Positions 10,920 to 23,279 of a stretch of 64,000 nucleotides of DNA are shown here, in pieces. Within the stretch, counting starts at the first letter, position 1. Each line of letters opens with the position of its first letter. The stretch is taken from assembly GCA_032718475.1 (NCBI GenBank), contig JAUCBJ010006975.1, positions 62,001 to 126,000 of the forward strand, read 5' to 3'. Source of the DNA: Nemertoderma westbladi. Lineage: Eukaryota > Animalia > Xenacoelomorpha. The position numbers and the translations under genes are program-made. Below the pieces are notes generated by a model that did not search any database, was not told the DNA's origin, and saw nothing but the letters and a program-made list of their open reading frames with translations.

Positions 10920-12442
10920 ATGACTAAGTTGATAGAAGATGATCTTGGTATCAGGGAGCGATATACTCTACCTTTACAAGCGTTTGTTGATAGCTTGATA
11001 CGCAGCGACGCTGGTCCAACTACTACAGAGGACAATGGTCGTTATATCGAACCGCCGATGTCCCAGGAGCAACTTACGCGTGAATTGGACTATCGAAAAT
11101 TCACTGCTCGCTATACGCATCGTAATGGTACGCTTATGGACTTCTTAACTACTGGTCATCCTATCGATTTACACGATACGGACGATGTCGACACCGAAAG
11201 GGAAATGGTACGATTTAAATATCCTACCCAGCGGAGGCGGAACGATAAACCGAGAATGGAACACGAGAATTCTATTCGAAACAGACTCGAAAGAGAAGAC
11301 GTTGAGGAGCCGGATAAACGCAGCGACTTCAACGATTATCTGGAATTCCTGAGAGAAACATATCTCAATATTGCCAGTCAACAAAATCTAGAAACTCGAT
11401 ATCCTCAAGGTATACATCATGACCGCATGGCAGAACTCAAACGGCTCTATTCCACTATGATGTATCTTACCGCCGATCGACCGCTACCTGTTGTACCGGA
11501 TAGCTTCGAACGGATGGAGGAATATTGTAAGCTGGAGAAAGATCACTCGCGTTTCCCCTACAAGACGTGCGTTTTTGGTATTATTGCGATGAATGCCCAA
11601 GACCCAACCAACAAACGGAAAGACATAAACATCCGCGGAGACGTTGCTTTAAACACGGTTTTACTCGCTATATTTACGGGAGTTTCGAGCGAAACTTGTT
11701 CGATGTATCACCTACGCTCGTTCGACTCAGACGATCCTTATATAAACCAATGATCAGAGTTTCGGAATACTCGATCAGATCTCCTCATTCCCTAGTGAGA
11801 CCTCAGACTCTTGATCCTATTAGTATGACGGATCCTCCCGAGCTGTACTCACTATTCAAAGATCTAGTGTTACCTGAACAATTAGTCGGTGGCACCCCGG
11901 TTGTGGGCTTCCTAGATATTAGCCCATCCTACCTAGCCGGATTGGGACGCGGACATTTAATATCGCCGTTTAACCCTTACCATCGTCCCGGCTTAACACG
12001 ATATAACCTGTCACCAAAGTGGCGGAGAGCGTTGTACCAAATGAGTTAGACGCTATTCTACAAAGATCAGAAAAGGAACTTACGCTTGTTCAGATAAACG
12101 TAAATTGCACTAGCAAGTCCAAGCGGTAAACAAAGTAACTATATCTCAGTTCGATCGGGAAATCCAGAATCTCTAAGAAGTTATCGAACTTGGACGATCC
12201 TATTCTCTGCGAGAGTTTTTGGATGAACGTATCCAGCTACGAGCGGAGGAAAATCAGCTCGAGGAGAAGCATATCGAAACGGCAGATACCTCGACCATAA
12301 TCCTACACCTTCTGATGCAATCATATTGCACCCTTCACCCAGGAGTTATGGCCCTCCTAGTAAAGTGGCTCCCCCCAAAGAGAAAAGGACTCTTGCTAGC
12401 CTAAAAAAACTGCGTAAACGCCGTCTGCGTAAGAAAGACTAA
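10920..12442 (+). pseudogene. Decayed unknown accessory ORF (copy B, about 500 aa when frames are joined): helical block, CX2C-X16-CX2H, coiled coil, basic C-terminal tail
   Basis: ORFs 10920..11753, 11567..12049 and 12219..12404 join by frameshifts. In-frame TAG/TAA stops near 12111 and 12174 look like C-to-T changes of Gln codons. The final frame ends ...EKRTLASLKKLRKRRLRKKD* at 12442. Homologous to 727..1326. Confidence 0.72.
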
Positions 12443-12510
12443 CTGTTTAGAGTATTTTTATATTTTAGAAACTGTGATTTGTTATATTTTATAGACTTAA
12501 ATCCCATTTT

Positions 12511-12928
12511 CTGGGAGCGGTGTAAAGGCTTTTGCGTAATTAGCCGGTTATTTTCCCCGTAAAGTACTCTGTAGTTGGTTTAACAGGCATAAAAGGCCGT
12601 GTCCTTACTGTATTGTTGTTTTAGAGGACATAAAAGCCATTTCTTCTGTATGTGTACTTTAGCGGACATGATTAGCAATTCTATGACGCAATACGCCGGA
12701 TCCTCTTGAAACAGTGTAACTACCATGACGACGGCTAACAGCTGATATTGCCACGTGGAACATCTTTTTGTTCTTTGTTCTCTCTTTGTTCGGTCGACCA
12801 ATCAGAGCGTTTTTTGCCTCTGTGTTGGAGATTGTATATAGAAACTAGTGAAGTGAGTCAGTATGTGATTTTGTCCACAGCCTACAACACCGGCGTGGAA
12901 CCTCCATGTTTCAGTCTTTAGTTCAACA
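12511..12928 (+). mobile_element. BEL/Pao-type PPT and putative 3' LTR (12521 to about 12928) of element B
   Basis: TTTTCTGGGAGCGG directly followed by TGTAAAGG, about 80 bp after the accessory-ORF stop. Plausible end ...TTTAGTTCAACA. No second LTR copy in the window to confirm the boundary. Confidence 0.55.
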
Positions 12929-13543
12929 TTAGTAGGCTTAATTATAGAACGTATATCCGTTATCTGATCATAACTCACTGAACTATCCATAACTTAACTA
13001 ATCATACCATAACACAACTTACTTAACTCAATCCGTGTTTCGTACTGCTATTTACTGTCGGTTATTCATTATATTTGTTGATGGAATATTATATTCGGAA
13101 TACTGATAAACAATCAGACACCCCAATCTTCTTGATATACTAAAGGTTAGAGAGACCGGATACATATAACGATTGCGACTTACATTAAGTGGTTTGAAGT
13201 GAATCTAATGCTATTTTATAGGCCCTACACGTATTGTCTGTTGTTCTCCTTATATGTGACTAAAATTAGTGAAGGTCGGCAGATTAGTGTGCATTATTGT
13301 GCAGTATTGTGTATGATTGTGATTGATAACGAAGCATCTCCTAAAGAATGCGCCATATACGTGAATCTATAGCCATCCTGTTGTGTATAGTTTAAGTCAT
13401 AACTCTGTTTATATATTTAAAGCGCCACGTCCTAAAGGAACTGTTAATATTTCCCGAAAGTGAATAATATTTGTCAGAGATTATATATATATTACGATCA
13501 GTCGAATAATACAGTAGGCCTACCCCGCAATACGGTTAGGCTT

Positions 13544-13603
13544 CCGAATCCAGTCTCCCGGGTATATCCAGCGGGTGAATGATCGCGCATAGACTGGATT
13601 CGG
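13544..13603. repeat. Small inverted repeat (13-bp arms), possible miniature non-autonomous DNA element
   Basis: CCGAATCCAGTCT (13544-13556) and AGACTGGATTCGG (13591-13603). Confidence 0.55.
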
Positions 13604-13699
13604 CTAATGTAGTGTATCAAATACTTGTTATAGGCTAAAGACTATTTATCATCTAAAAGACACCCAAATTTGGCAGGTTAAACTGCTAAAGGTCTGAAA

Positions 13700-14097
13700 G
13701 CGCGAACATTCCCAGACATATGTGGACCTCGTGGTGGCTGGAAATGAAAGTTAATTCGATGATTTGGGACTAACACATTGGAGAAATCTATGTCATTTAA
13801 ATCATTGAGTGCTTCATGCAGCTGCCGCTCAGCACCCACAAAGTTGGTACCATTGTCACTATATATATCAGTAATCCTCCTTGCTTTCGAGTTAACAAAG
13901 CGACGAAGTGAGTTGATAAATGAGTTTGTCGAAAGGTCTTCAACAACATCTAATCCCACAGCACGAGTTGCAAGACAGGTATATAATGCTACCCAACGTT
14001 TCACCCGTGCCCTTCCCCGTTTAATATCAATGGGACCAAAATAATCTACCCCCATCCTTGTATATGGAGGTAGGTATGGCTCAGTTCTATAAGAAGG
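13700..14097 (-). pseudogene. pol: Integrase core (rve) of element C, truncated after PHMSG
   Basis: GVDYFGPI, LYTCLATRAV, FINSLRRF, YSDNGTNFVGA, FQPPRGPHMSG, then unrelated sequence. Confidence 0.9.
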
Positions 14098-15587
14098 GAT
14101 ACCTGAGTGTTTAAAGCTCATCTATCCCATCATAGTAGACATGTACCGTACAACACGAGTCCCACAAGAAATGAAAACAAATAAGTTGGTGCCAGTTCCC
14201 AAGAAGGGCAACCTAACACTCTATGGTTCTTTTCGGGGAATCTCATTGATCTCGATTGCTGCAAAACTATACAATAGAATTCTATTAAATCGCATCAGGG
14301 ATCCCATTGAGAGACTGCTACGTGGAAATCAGAATGGGTTCCGTAAAGGTCGTGGGACCACGGAGCCCATTTTGGCACTTAGAAGGATAATTGAAGAGTT
14401 ATCAAAAAAGAAAGACAGGCATCTGGCTGTTATCTTTGTTGACTTCTTCAAGGCCTTTGATTCAGTCTCTCGCTCACGTATGTTCAGCATACTTTCATTA
14501 TATGGGATTCCTGATGAAATTATTGCAGCAATCAGATCAGTATACGATGGTTCGACAACATTTGTGTCTACTGTTGACGGTGACACAGAACCATTTGAAG
14601 TGTTATGGGGCGTCCTCCAAGGAGACACACTTGCACCATTCTTGTTCATTATTGTGGTTGACTATGTTCTACGCATGTCCTTAGATCATCATAATGATGA
14701 TGGGGTGATGATAACTCCACCTACTGGCTCCAGAAGTCGAGGAAATCCTGCCAAGTACCTAACTGATCTAGACTTTGCTGATGACTTAGGAGTACTCTCA
14801 GAATCATTAGAGGGAGCCCAGCGGCTCCTCAGCTCATTAGAACATGCTGCTTCTAGTGTTGGTCTTTTTATTAACTCCAGAAAGACCAAAATTCTGACAG
14901 TTAACTTTGAAAGTCCTCAGCAAGTCTCTGATCGGATGAGCATAAGCTCAAAGGATGGTATGCTTGAGCATGTGGACGACTTCTGTTACCTGGGATCATG
15001 GATCCGGAAGTCAGGTGAGGACCTTCGAATACGAAAGGGAAAGGCATGGGCAGCCTTGAATAGGCTTTCCAGGATTTGGAAGTCACCTAGAATTAATCGG
15101 AAACTTAAGGTCCGATTATTTAGAGCAGCAGTAGTTCCAGTACTCCTCTACGGGAGTCCATGCTGGGCTCTAACTGCTGAGGACACCAAATCTCTGGATG
15201 GCACATTCACAAGAATGCTACGCCGGGTACATTGTGTCAAGTACAATGCACACATCTCCAACCAGACACTATATAACATTGGAGGTGTCTCATTGGTTCC
15301 CCCAAGCTTGACACTAGAACAAAATCGCCTCTGCTTTGCAGGACATTGCTTTCGCCGTGAGGACCAGCCAGTGCATAATCTTGTACTTTGGCAGCTTCAT
15401 GGAGTGAATAAGCATGGTGGACAGCCCATGACTTTCTTGAGACGCATCTTAAAGGACACTGGCCTTAAAGATGCGGATGATCTAGCAAATGTCATGGGTG
15501 ATAGGGAGTTGTGGCGGTGCAATTTTGTTGACAAGCCGGCACAGCATTCTTAAAAATGCAGCTGCAATGCAGCATGCCGATCCTAGT
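14098..15587 (+). mobile_element. 5'-truncated non-LTR retrotransposon (RTE-like clade)
   Basis: 1490-bp insertion between identical 135-bp repeats (13963-14097 and 15588-15722). RT frame open from the junction to stop 15553. Very short 3' UTR, no poly(A). Confidence 0.9.
14099..15553 (+). CDS. LINE ORF2 reverse transcriptase domain and C-terminal region, 5'-partial and uninterrupted
   Basis: PKKGNL...FRGISLIS, NQNGFRKGR, FVDFFKAFDSV, GVLQGDTLAPFLF, LDFADD, FCYLGS, LLYGSPCW, FAGHCFR. Confidence 0.93.
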   Translation: MPECLKLIYPIIVDMYRTTRVPQEMKTNKLVPVPKKGNLTLYGSFRGISLISIAAKLYNRILLNRIRDPIERLLRGNQNGFRKGRGTTEPILALRRIIEELSKKKDRHLAVIFVDFFKAFDSVSRSRMFSILSLYGIPDEIIAAIRSVYDGSTTFVSTVDGDTEPFEVLWGVLQGDTLAPFLFIIVVDYVLRMSLDHHNDDGVMITPPTGSRSRGNPAKYLTDLDFADDLGVLSESLEGAQRLLSSLEHAASSVGLFINSRKTKILTVNFESPQQVSDRMSISSKDGMLEHVDDFCYLGSWIRKSGEDLRIRKGKAWAALNRLSRIWKSPRINRKLKVRLFRAAVVPVLLYGSPCWALTAEDTKSLDGTFTRMLRRVHCVKYNAHISNQTLYNIGGVSLVPPSLTLEQNRLCFAGHCFRREDQPVHNLVLWQLHGVNKHGGQPMTFLRRILKDTGLKDADDLANVMGDRELWRCNFVDKPAQHS

Positions 15588-18435
15588 ACGAGTTGCAAGA
15601 CAGGTATATAATGCTACCCAACGTTTCACCCGTGCCCTTCCCCGTTTAATATCAATGGGACCAAAATAATCTACCCCCATCCTTGTATATGGAGGTAGGT
15701 ATGGCTCAGTTCTATAAGAAGGAAGATTTGCCATTTGTTTCTTCATGAGCCTATGATCACGCATCTTACAAATCATGCATTTACTTAAGAAAACCTTAAT
15801 TTGTGACCTCAAGCCTATGATCCAATACCTCCTACGAATTTCATTGGTAACATGCTCTCTGCCAGCATGTCCTAAAGACCAATGATAATCATAAATAATA
15901 TGAGGAATTAAAACAGAATCCTTAGGCATAACTACTGGATTTATCTCATCAAAATATAATGCTGTACTAACACAGCGTGAACCCATCCTTAACACACCAG
16001 ATTTATCTACATGAGGGCTCATCCTCTCTAATGGACTTCCTTTCCTTACCGGACAACCTGATAATAACCTCAGACGATCATCCTAAAATGGATGCTGGAC
16101 ATAACTTAGTACAGCTACCTTTGCTGCATCCATCTCACATTTCGAAATCCTTTCTGGAGGATGATACTCTAACCCACGACGCTTGCAAAAATATGTACAA
16201 CACGCACGTCTCATTCTTGCTGTACATACATACAACCTATTTGTATTCCTAAAATATTTAATAAACTTAATTGTAAAGCCAGGATTTGAGATCTTAATGG
16301 AAGACAAGAAAAACTTTTGTTTCTCGTCTGACTCATCGACTGGGACATCATATTTAATTGGATCAGCTGGCCATGTATCTTTCATACCTTGGAGAAACTC
16401 GGGACCTGTAAACCACTGTTTACAATCTATTAACTCCTGGGGTGTCATTCCCCGGGATACATGGTCAGCTGGATTCATATTGGTTGGAACATATCTCCAG
16501 TCATTAACTAAAGAATTATTTATTATTTCTGTCACTCGATTAGTTTCAAAAGTTTTAAGTTTCAAGTCTGGATTTTTGATCCACCCAAGGGCAACCTTTG
16601 AATCGGACCAAAACGTTCTGGACACAATTTTTTACCACAATTCCCTGATAATGGTCTGTCCTATCCGCAAAGCCAAGATACAAGATTGTAGTTCTAATTC
16701 ATTGATTGACTTTGGGTTTTTAATCGGGGTGGTACGAGCCTTAGATGTGACAAAGGAAACCATGTGTTTATCACTTTCATGATAACACTTAAGAAGATAC
16801 AACACTGCACCATAACCCTCCTTACTTGCATCGCAGAAGTGATGCAACTCAAACGCGTCATCAGGTTTACGATTATGAAAATGAACTCGTGGGATTTTTA
16901 ACTTAACAAGTGAGGGCAGCTGTATCCTCCATTTTTCCCAAGAATCACTTATCACTGTGGGCAATTTTTCATCCCATCCTAACATGACTGACCACATGTT
17001 TCGCAATATAATTTTCCCTCTGAGGGTAACAGGTGATATAAAACCTAAAGGGTCATACAATGATGACAAGGATGACAGACAACCATGTTTTGTACTTGGA
17101 TAGTCACGTCTCGTACTCTAAAGCCAAATTCATCTGTCTCGGTGTTCCATTGTACCCCAAGTGTTTTGCTCTGAGGTAAATGTTCTAAGTCTAAGTCTAC
17201 ATTTTTTGACAACCTTGTCGAATTTATTTGAGCCCAAAATTCTCTACTGTTACTAATAAAACACCTTAAGTTGAAGCCACCACATGCAAGGCAATCAATT
17301 AAGTCCCGCGCTAATGTGACAGCTTCTTCAACTGTACTTACAGATGGTAACCCGTAATCCATATAAAAACTGTGTTGGATTGTCTCATTAACGAGTGGAA
17401 GAAAATCATCTTTATGTGTGTCACTAGTAGGTCGGAGGGTATTTATGGCGACACATGGGGAATCCTTTTTCCCAAAGGCATGTAATGTCATACGGTACTC
17501 TTCAATTTGATCATGAATTTTGTCATTAGACCACCATAAAAACCAACACTATATTGGTCCTTGCGGGTCATTTTGATACAATGAAACATTGACTCTATGT
17601 CACACATAAAGGCAATATCGTCTTGCCTAAATCTAAGCAAGACACCAAATAATAAATTAAGTTGGTTGGGACCTGAGAGCAACATGTCATTTAATGATCA
17701 TCCACGAAATTTCGCGGCTGCATCATTTACTACCCGGATTTTTCCTGGTGTGTCTGGATATGTCACAAAATGATGTGGCACATAATTGGTTTGAGGAGAA
17801 GCAATTAAATCATCACCAACTAATTTAACTGCATACCCACTATCTATATATTCGTGTATTTTCTCAACATACTTGGGAAAATACTGTTTACTTTCTTCAT
17901 TTGACATGAAACGTTTTCCTAAGGAAAACAATCGTTTCTCTGCCAAATGCCGGTTATTAATCATGGTATTGGGATCACAATCCCATAACATACCTACTGC
18001 ATACTTACCATCCTCTTCACAAAAAACAGTTGTCTCTTTGAGGATCTGCCTGGCATGCTTATCATTTGCTGATTCATGTTGAATTGAGTTGTCATGGTCT
18101 TCGAGTCGACCATACCCAAGATTTTCAAGGTCCCAGAACTGGGATAAATGATGTTTAATATCAATAGGTGGTGGAGGTTTTACTTGTGTCTTAAATGCAT
18201 TTACAGATTCTTGTTTCTGCTGGTTACAGAGTGGATTAACAAATGGACCAGAAATGTACCATCCCAAGGGAGATAATGTTGCATATGGTTGGCTGAGGGG
18301 TGAGTCACCATAACATTGTTCTAGTTTATAATGTGCAAGAGGAACATCCTGTCCAATTAGGACACTTACAAATGGTAAATCTATACCTTTAGAATTGAGA
18401 TCAATAGCTGACAAATGCGGAAAACTAGATACCAA
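15588..18435 (-). pseudogene. pol: BEL/Pao pol of element C: RT, RNase H, integrase zinc finger
   Basis: YVPHHFV..PGKIRVVNDAAAK, LLRFRQ..CDIESMFH, FYMDYGL (catalytic YMDD mutated), YDPLGF, LHHFCDASKEGYG, FWSDSKVAL, NPADHVSRG, HWSLGHAG...CMICK. Confidence 0.92.
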
Positions 18436-18604
18436 GATGTGATGTTCTCTTTCCTAGCTTCAATTTATCTGACACATAAACGCTAACATCACCTATGACT
18501 CTTCCATCAAATAACGATAAAAATTGGCATTGAGTTATACCAATCTCAACATCATTTTCATGGGAAGAAGAGTTGTCATCGACAAAGAACTATATACTTC
18601 TGGT

Positions 18605-21600
18605 TCACAATTTAAGATTTGAGTAACTTCCTTGTGTATGAATGAGTTGGTAGAACCACCATCTATTAAAGCGAAGGTAGAAACCATTCTTCCACAAATA
18701 AAAAACATTTAAGGAGACGATTGGGAGGATTGTTTGATTTAGGCTATCCTGAAACTTGTTCGTCATTGTGGATAACAGTACCTTTGGATTTTCCTTAGAC
18801 CCAGATGGATACTTATCAGTGACATTTTTGTCTCCCTTTGGCTGCTTGGAAGAGGAGATATTAATCAATTTACGAGTATTTACATTATGCATTATGGATG
18901 CATGATTACCTTGACACTCTGGACATATAAGAGAGAAAGGGCAATTTATTGCTATGTGTCCTGAACGGGAACACTTGAAACAACCATGTTGTTTCCAAAT
19001 TACATTTCCCTTTTGAGAACCAGTCATTGCAATAAACTGTGGACATTTATACAAAAAATGTGAAACTCCTTCACACAGAGAGCATTCTGGAGGAGTATTT
19101 GAAATTACAGGCGATGACAGATTACCCTTTTGCTTGGCTTGAACTACCATTGATGTGACCTTCCTTATGTCCTTAAGAGGATCACTAGATACTTTGACCA
19201 CCTTTCCCTTATCACTACTCTGTTGTTGATCCTTTGTGGAAACTGTGTATAATTGTGAATAATGAGGATGATCTCCAACCTCAGCATAGAAAATCACGAA
19301 ACGAAGAACATCCAATAATGTAGGATCAGAAGCTAGACCTGTTTGTGACCTTCTCCTGTTTGAGATTCGTGTGGCTTCCATCTGCCACTTTCTTATAAGT
19401 TGTTGTGGAAGGCGAGCAATGATTGCACGAAGATTATGATGGCTGATCTCCTGAGGATTTTTCAAATGTTTTAATGTATTATATACATTACGTATCTGAT
19501 CTGCATATAACATCAAATCAGCTGAATTAAACTTAACAGCAGGTCTACCTAGAATAAGAGAATCGAAGGTTGATTGGATTATCTTAGTAACATGACCATA
19601 TCTTTGATCAAGTAATGCCCATGCTAAACGATAGCCATATGGTGCATTGAAAAAACCTTTCACAGCCTCCTTTGGAGGCCCGGTGAGATATGCAAGGAGA
19701 TATGAAAATTTCCCCTGATCACTAATTTGTTTGATTCCTATTGTAGCATTAAAGTTTACTGAAAAAGTAATATAATCCTATGGTGCACCACCAAACCTTC
19801 CAGGTTTAGGTAGTGGTGTATGAGATGAAAGGGCAACACGGTCTAATAATGCCCTCTCATAACCATCATCTCTTCCTGTGTATGAAGATCTGCCAAGAGG
19901 CTTTAATATATCACTCTGCCCACCCAGTGATAAATAAGCACCATGTGGTGGGTGATTACTATCCTTACAACCACCGTTACCTGCAGGTGGTCCACGCTAC
20001 TGTCACCTGGAGGTAGGCCATTGCCACCTGGAGGGTGACCACCACCACCACTACAATTATTTGGTAAACCACCACTTCCACTTAGAGAGTGGCCTTCACC
20101 ACTGTAATTCCAGAATGGTGGCTCTTCACTTCCAACAAATGGTGGACTCACACTTCCAACGTTTGGGGTGCCAGTGTATGTAATGTCAAGAGGATGTGTT
20201 GTGTACCTCGTGGCACATCCCTTTGTCCAGCAAAAATTCGGTGATAATGTAATTAACTCCTGGTTCTACATTGTCTATAATTTTACTGTTTAAATGGTTA
20301 TACTGACCAGGATTATAGTTGTGCAGACTGTCACCCATAGATTGTAAATGTGATTTCTCAAAATCAATGGGACTAGAAGATTTGTGAATATTAGCTGATA
20401 TATCATCATACCAATATTTTCCCTTAAATCTGTTACCAATACCTGCATGAGGTGTGTTATTATCTACATGTTTACCGTTGTTGTCAAAGTTGTTTTCTTT
20501 GATGGGTACGTATGGTTCATATCCCCTATCCTGATCGCACTCATTTGTCCTGTGCCTGGGTACATAGGAGTCCGCAGAAGCACGGAGACCAGAAATTTCT
20601 TCCTGTGCACCAATCAGTACGGGTGTATCATTTTTATTAACCACTTTTGTTACTTTAGATTTTATCTGTTTATTTATGTGATCATCTTGTTTAAAAGTAA
20701 CTGTCTGTGAATAAAGTTTGTCTGAGTTTTTTGTTTGACCAAGTTGCTCAGGAGGGTGCTCTGATGGAATCACATTCTGATGTCTTTCAAACAATCCCTC
20801 CCTGCGTTGATTCTCCTTTTGCAATAAATCAGCAACCAATTGTTTGCGCTGAAGATCAAACCGTGCCTGTTGTCTGTCAAAGGTTGCCTGCTCAATAAGA
20901 TTATTTGCCTTTAATTCATTTGCCCTTTGCACCTTATTTTGCTTTGCGTATGGATTCAAGTTCAGCTTGTAATTTCGCTTCCTTTTCCTCAGCATCAGCC
21001 TGTAGTTTGGCTTTTGTTACCTGACTGGTTTTCCAATCAAGCTGTTCCTCAGCTTGTTTATCCATAAGTTTGGAGAGTTCCAGTTCCATCGAAGCTTCAA
21101 CTTGTAGTCTAGATAATGAAGCCGATGGGCCACTTAAAATGCTTGTTAGTCGAGATTAATCCTTCCTCAGCTTCTTTGTTGCACATGTTGCACTACCGTG
21201 AAGGATGTATACTGTTTGTATCGGTGCTTGTGGTGATATCTCGACTTCTGTTAATTCTAGAATTGTCTGGTAAACTTATATAGTTTGGCGCGGCTTCTTT
21301 ATTTCTAACAGTGACCTGCTCATTTGTTGTTGTTACATCGGGGTTATTCAGCCATGGTACTTCGGCATGTATACCAACACGTGTGAGTTCTTTTGCCTGC
21401 ACAGATCGTCCAGACTCATAGAAGTTATCTACACTGGTACACATATGGGCTTCCTTGGCTATGAATTGCATTAACATGTCAGTATATTTCACTGGCATAG
21501 ACATACCCTGGCGCTCATACTCCAACTTCAACTCACCTATTTTATCAATTACTTTGGAATAAGCGTTTCTCAACTTGGTCAATAAATTAGGAGTTATGGA

Positions 21601-22026
21601 TTTATCTACATGTTGATACTCACTTATTGTACGATCAAGCCGTGTAACATTACTAAGATATCCAGACAGACTCTTAGTTAGTGAGGATGTATTGACATTA
21701 TCACTTTCATTCACTACTTGTGTTGGATGATGCCTCGTAGATCTGCGTGGCACTTGTTCTTCTGGAGGTTGTTGTGCCTCAACTTGCAGTACAGCTTGTT
21801 CTACTGGAGTTTCCTGCAAAAATATTCGCAATTGCAATGTTTCCTGTAACAATATTGCGTCCTTCTGCGATTTAGTCTCTGCTTCAGACATGGGTCTCAG
21901 CACTGTAGCTGTTACTGCCGTTCCAACGGATGACGATGGGGATGAAACACGTGAATAACTTTGACCCAAAATGTCATCAACATTAACATCCTCATTGACT
22001 GTGGGATTATTTCCCCCAGTAGCCAT
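18605..22026 (-). pseudogene. gag: BEL/Pao gag and protease of element C, frameshifted
   Basis: ORFs 21193..22026, 20186..20995, 19903..20151 (G/P-rich) and 18605..19663 (AWALLDQRYG, CSLC..H...C, CFKCSRSGHIAINC, CPECQGNHASIMH). Protease FALIDGGSTNSFI lies in a shifted frame near 18640-18680. Confidence 0.88.
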
Positions 22027-23279
22027 ATCTCATTTGTTGATTTTATTTTACTTATTTGATATATTGGGGAATATTTAATTTGCCAATTATTGACAATTTG
22101 ACAAAAACTTGAGAGGTAAACCGAAGTTCAAAATGTTCAATATATTCAAATGCGTCCACCCAAATAAACTGAACACCTGAACCCAACCACTTGTGAGTAC
22201 TGAGTAGGATATCGTCTTTAATAATTTTACGAGTTACAGTTATGAGGCAACTTACAATTTGTACAGAAGTACCGGGAGCATTCAAGGAAAACAGTGATGG
22301 TGCAGCCTACTCAACTTGTAAGCCCTACAAATAAACAACGGCCTACACTATCAAATGTATTTCAATAATATATGTTTAAACATATTTTTAAATAATGCTG
22401 ATTGCCATTCACAATACCAGCAACCGATGTTCAATATTATTCGTTTACTGCCATATATTCCACAATATAAATAACAAAACAAATGTGTTAACTAACAAAA
22501 TAATATAACGATTCAATATCAAGAATATTTGATGTGCAGAAAGAATATAGATATGATAGATAATGATAGATGGCCTACACCATTTTAAACAACACAAGAA
22601 TAGCCGCAGATTTAATAATAAAATATAGTAGGCACTAAGTGTTGTCTGCCTAATAAGTATGTCTAGTAAACACAGTACCGGTGATATATATATCATTAGT
22701 AGTGTACTTACTATTAAACTACCTTTACGTAAACATCCCGTGATATACAGTGTGAAGTTGTTGCTGTGAGTGATAGTACGACACTGCTGCACTGCTGCAA
22801 CAGTGCAAAATTGAAGCAAAAAATACAGTATGACATTTACCAGCTGAATAAAGTAAGCATAGGGTTCATGACGTCCTATGATAACATCAGCCACAAATGT
22901 AACATACAGTATATAAAACTTCAATTGTTGCAATTGCACTGGGCCTCACTATGCCGTGGAGTGGTTAGTGGGTTACTATAGTAAATGTCGTGTAACCAAA
23001 TGTACAAATACAGATATACAAAACAAATAAACCGAACTAATGACTTAACAAGAACTTAAGGAAGCGAGTATCTTAAATCTACTAAGATACACTGCGCCGC
23101 CGTGTCCTGTAACAGACTGATTAATTGTGTAACTTCTACAACCAGCCTACAACAATAACCTACGGTACATATACAGATAGGCAGTAAGGCAGATACAAAC
23201 TGAAAGCCTAAATGCATATACCGTAAGTACATATAGACAGACAATAATTGTCAGTCTATAACCTTGATCAGTAGACAGC

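Larger units (their letters stand above)
13700..22026 (-). mobile_element. BEL/Pao LTR retrotransposon C, degraded gag-pol, truncated within the integrase and interrupted by a LINE
   Basis: Collinear fragments gag, Zn knuckles, protease, RT, RNase H, integrase H2C2 and integrase core, with many stops and frameshifts. No LTR identified. Confidence 0.92.

Noticed and set aside
12490-12520. Minus-strand tRNA primer-binding site making 12521-12928 the 5' LTR of element A
   Set aside because: The minus strand reads CCGCTCCCAGAAAATGGGAT and lacks the TGG start. The plus-strand PPT reading fits better.
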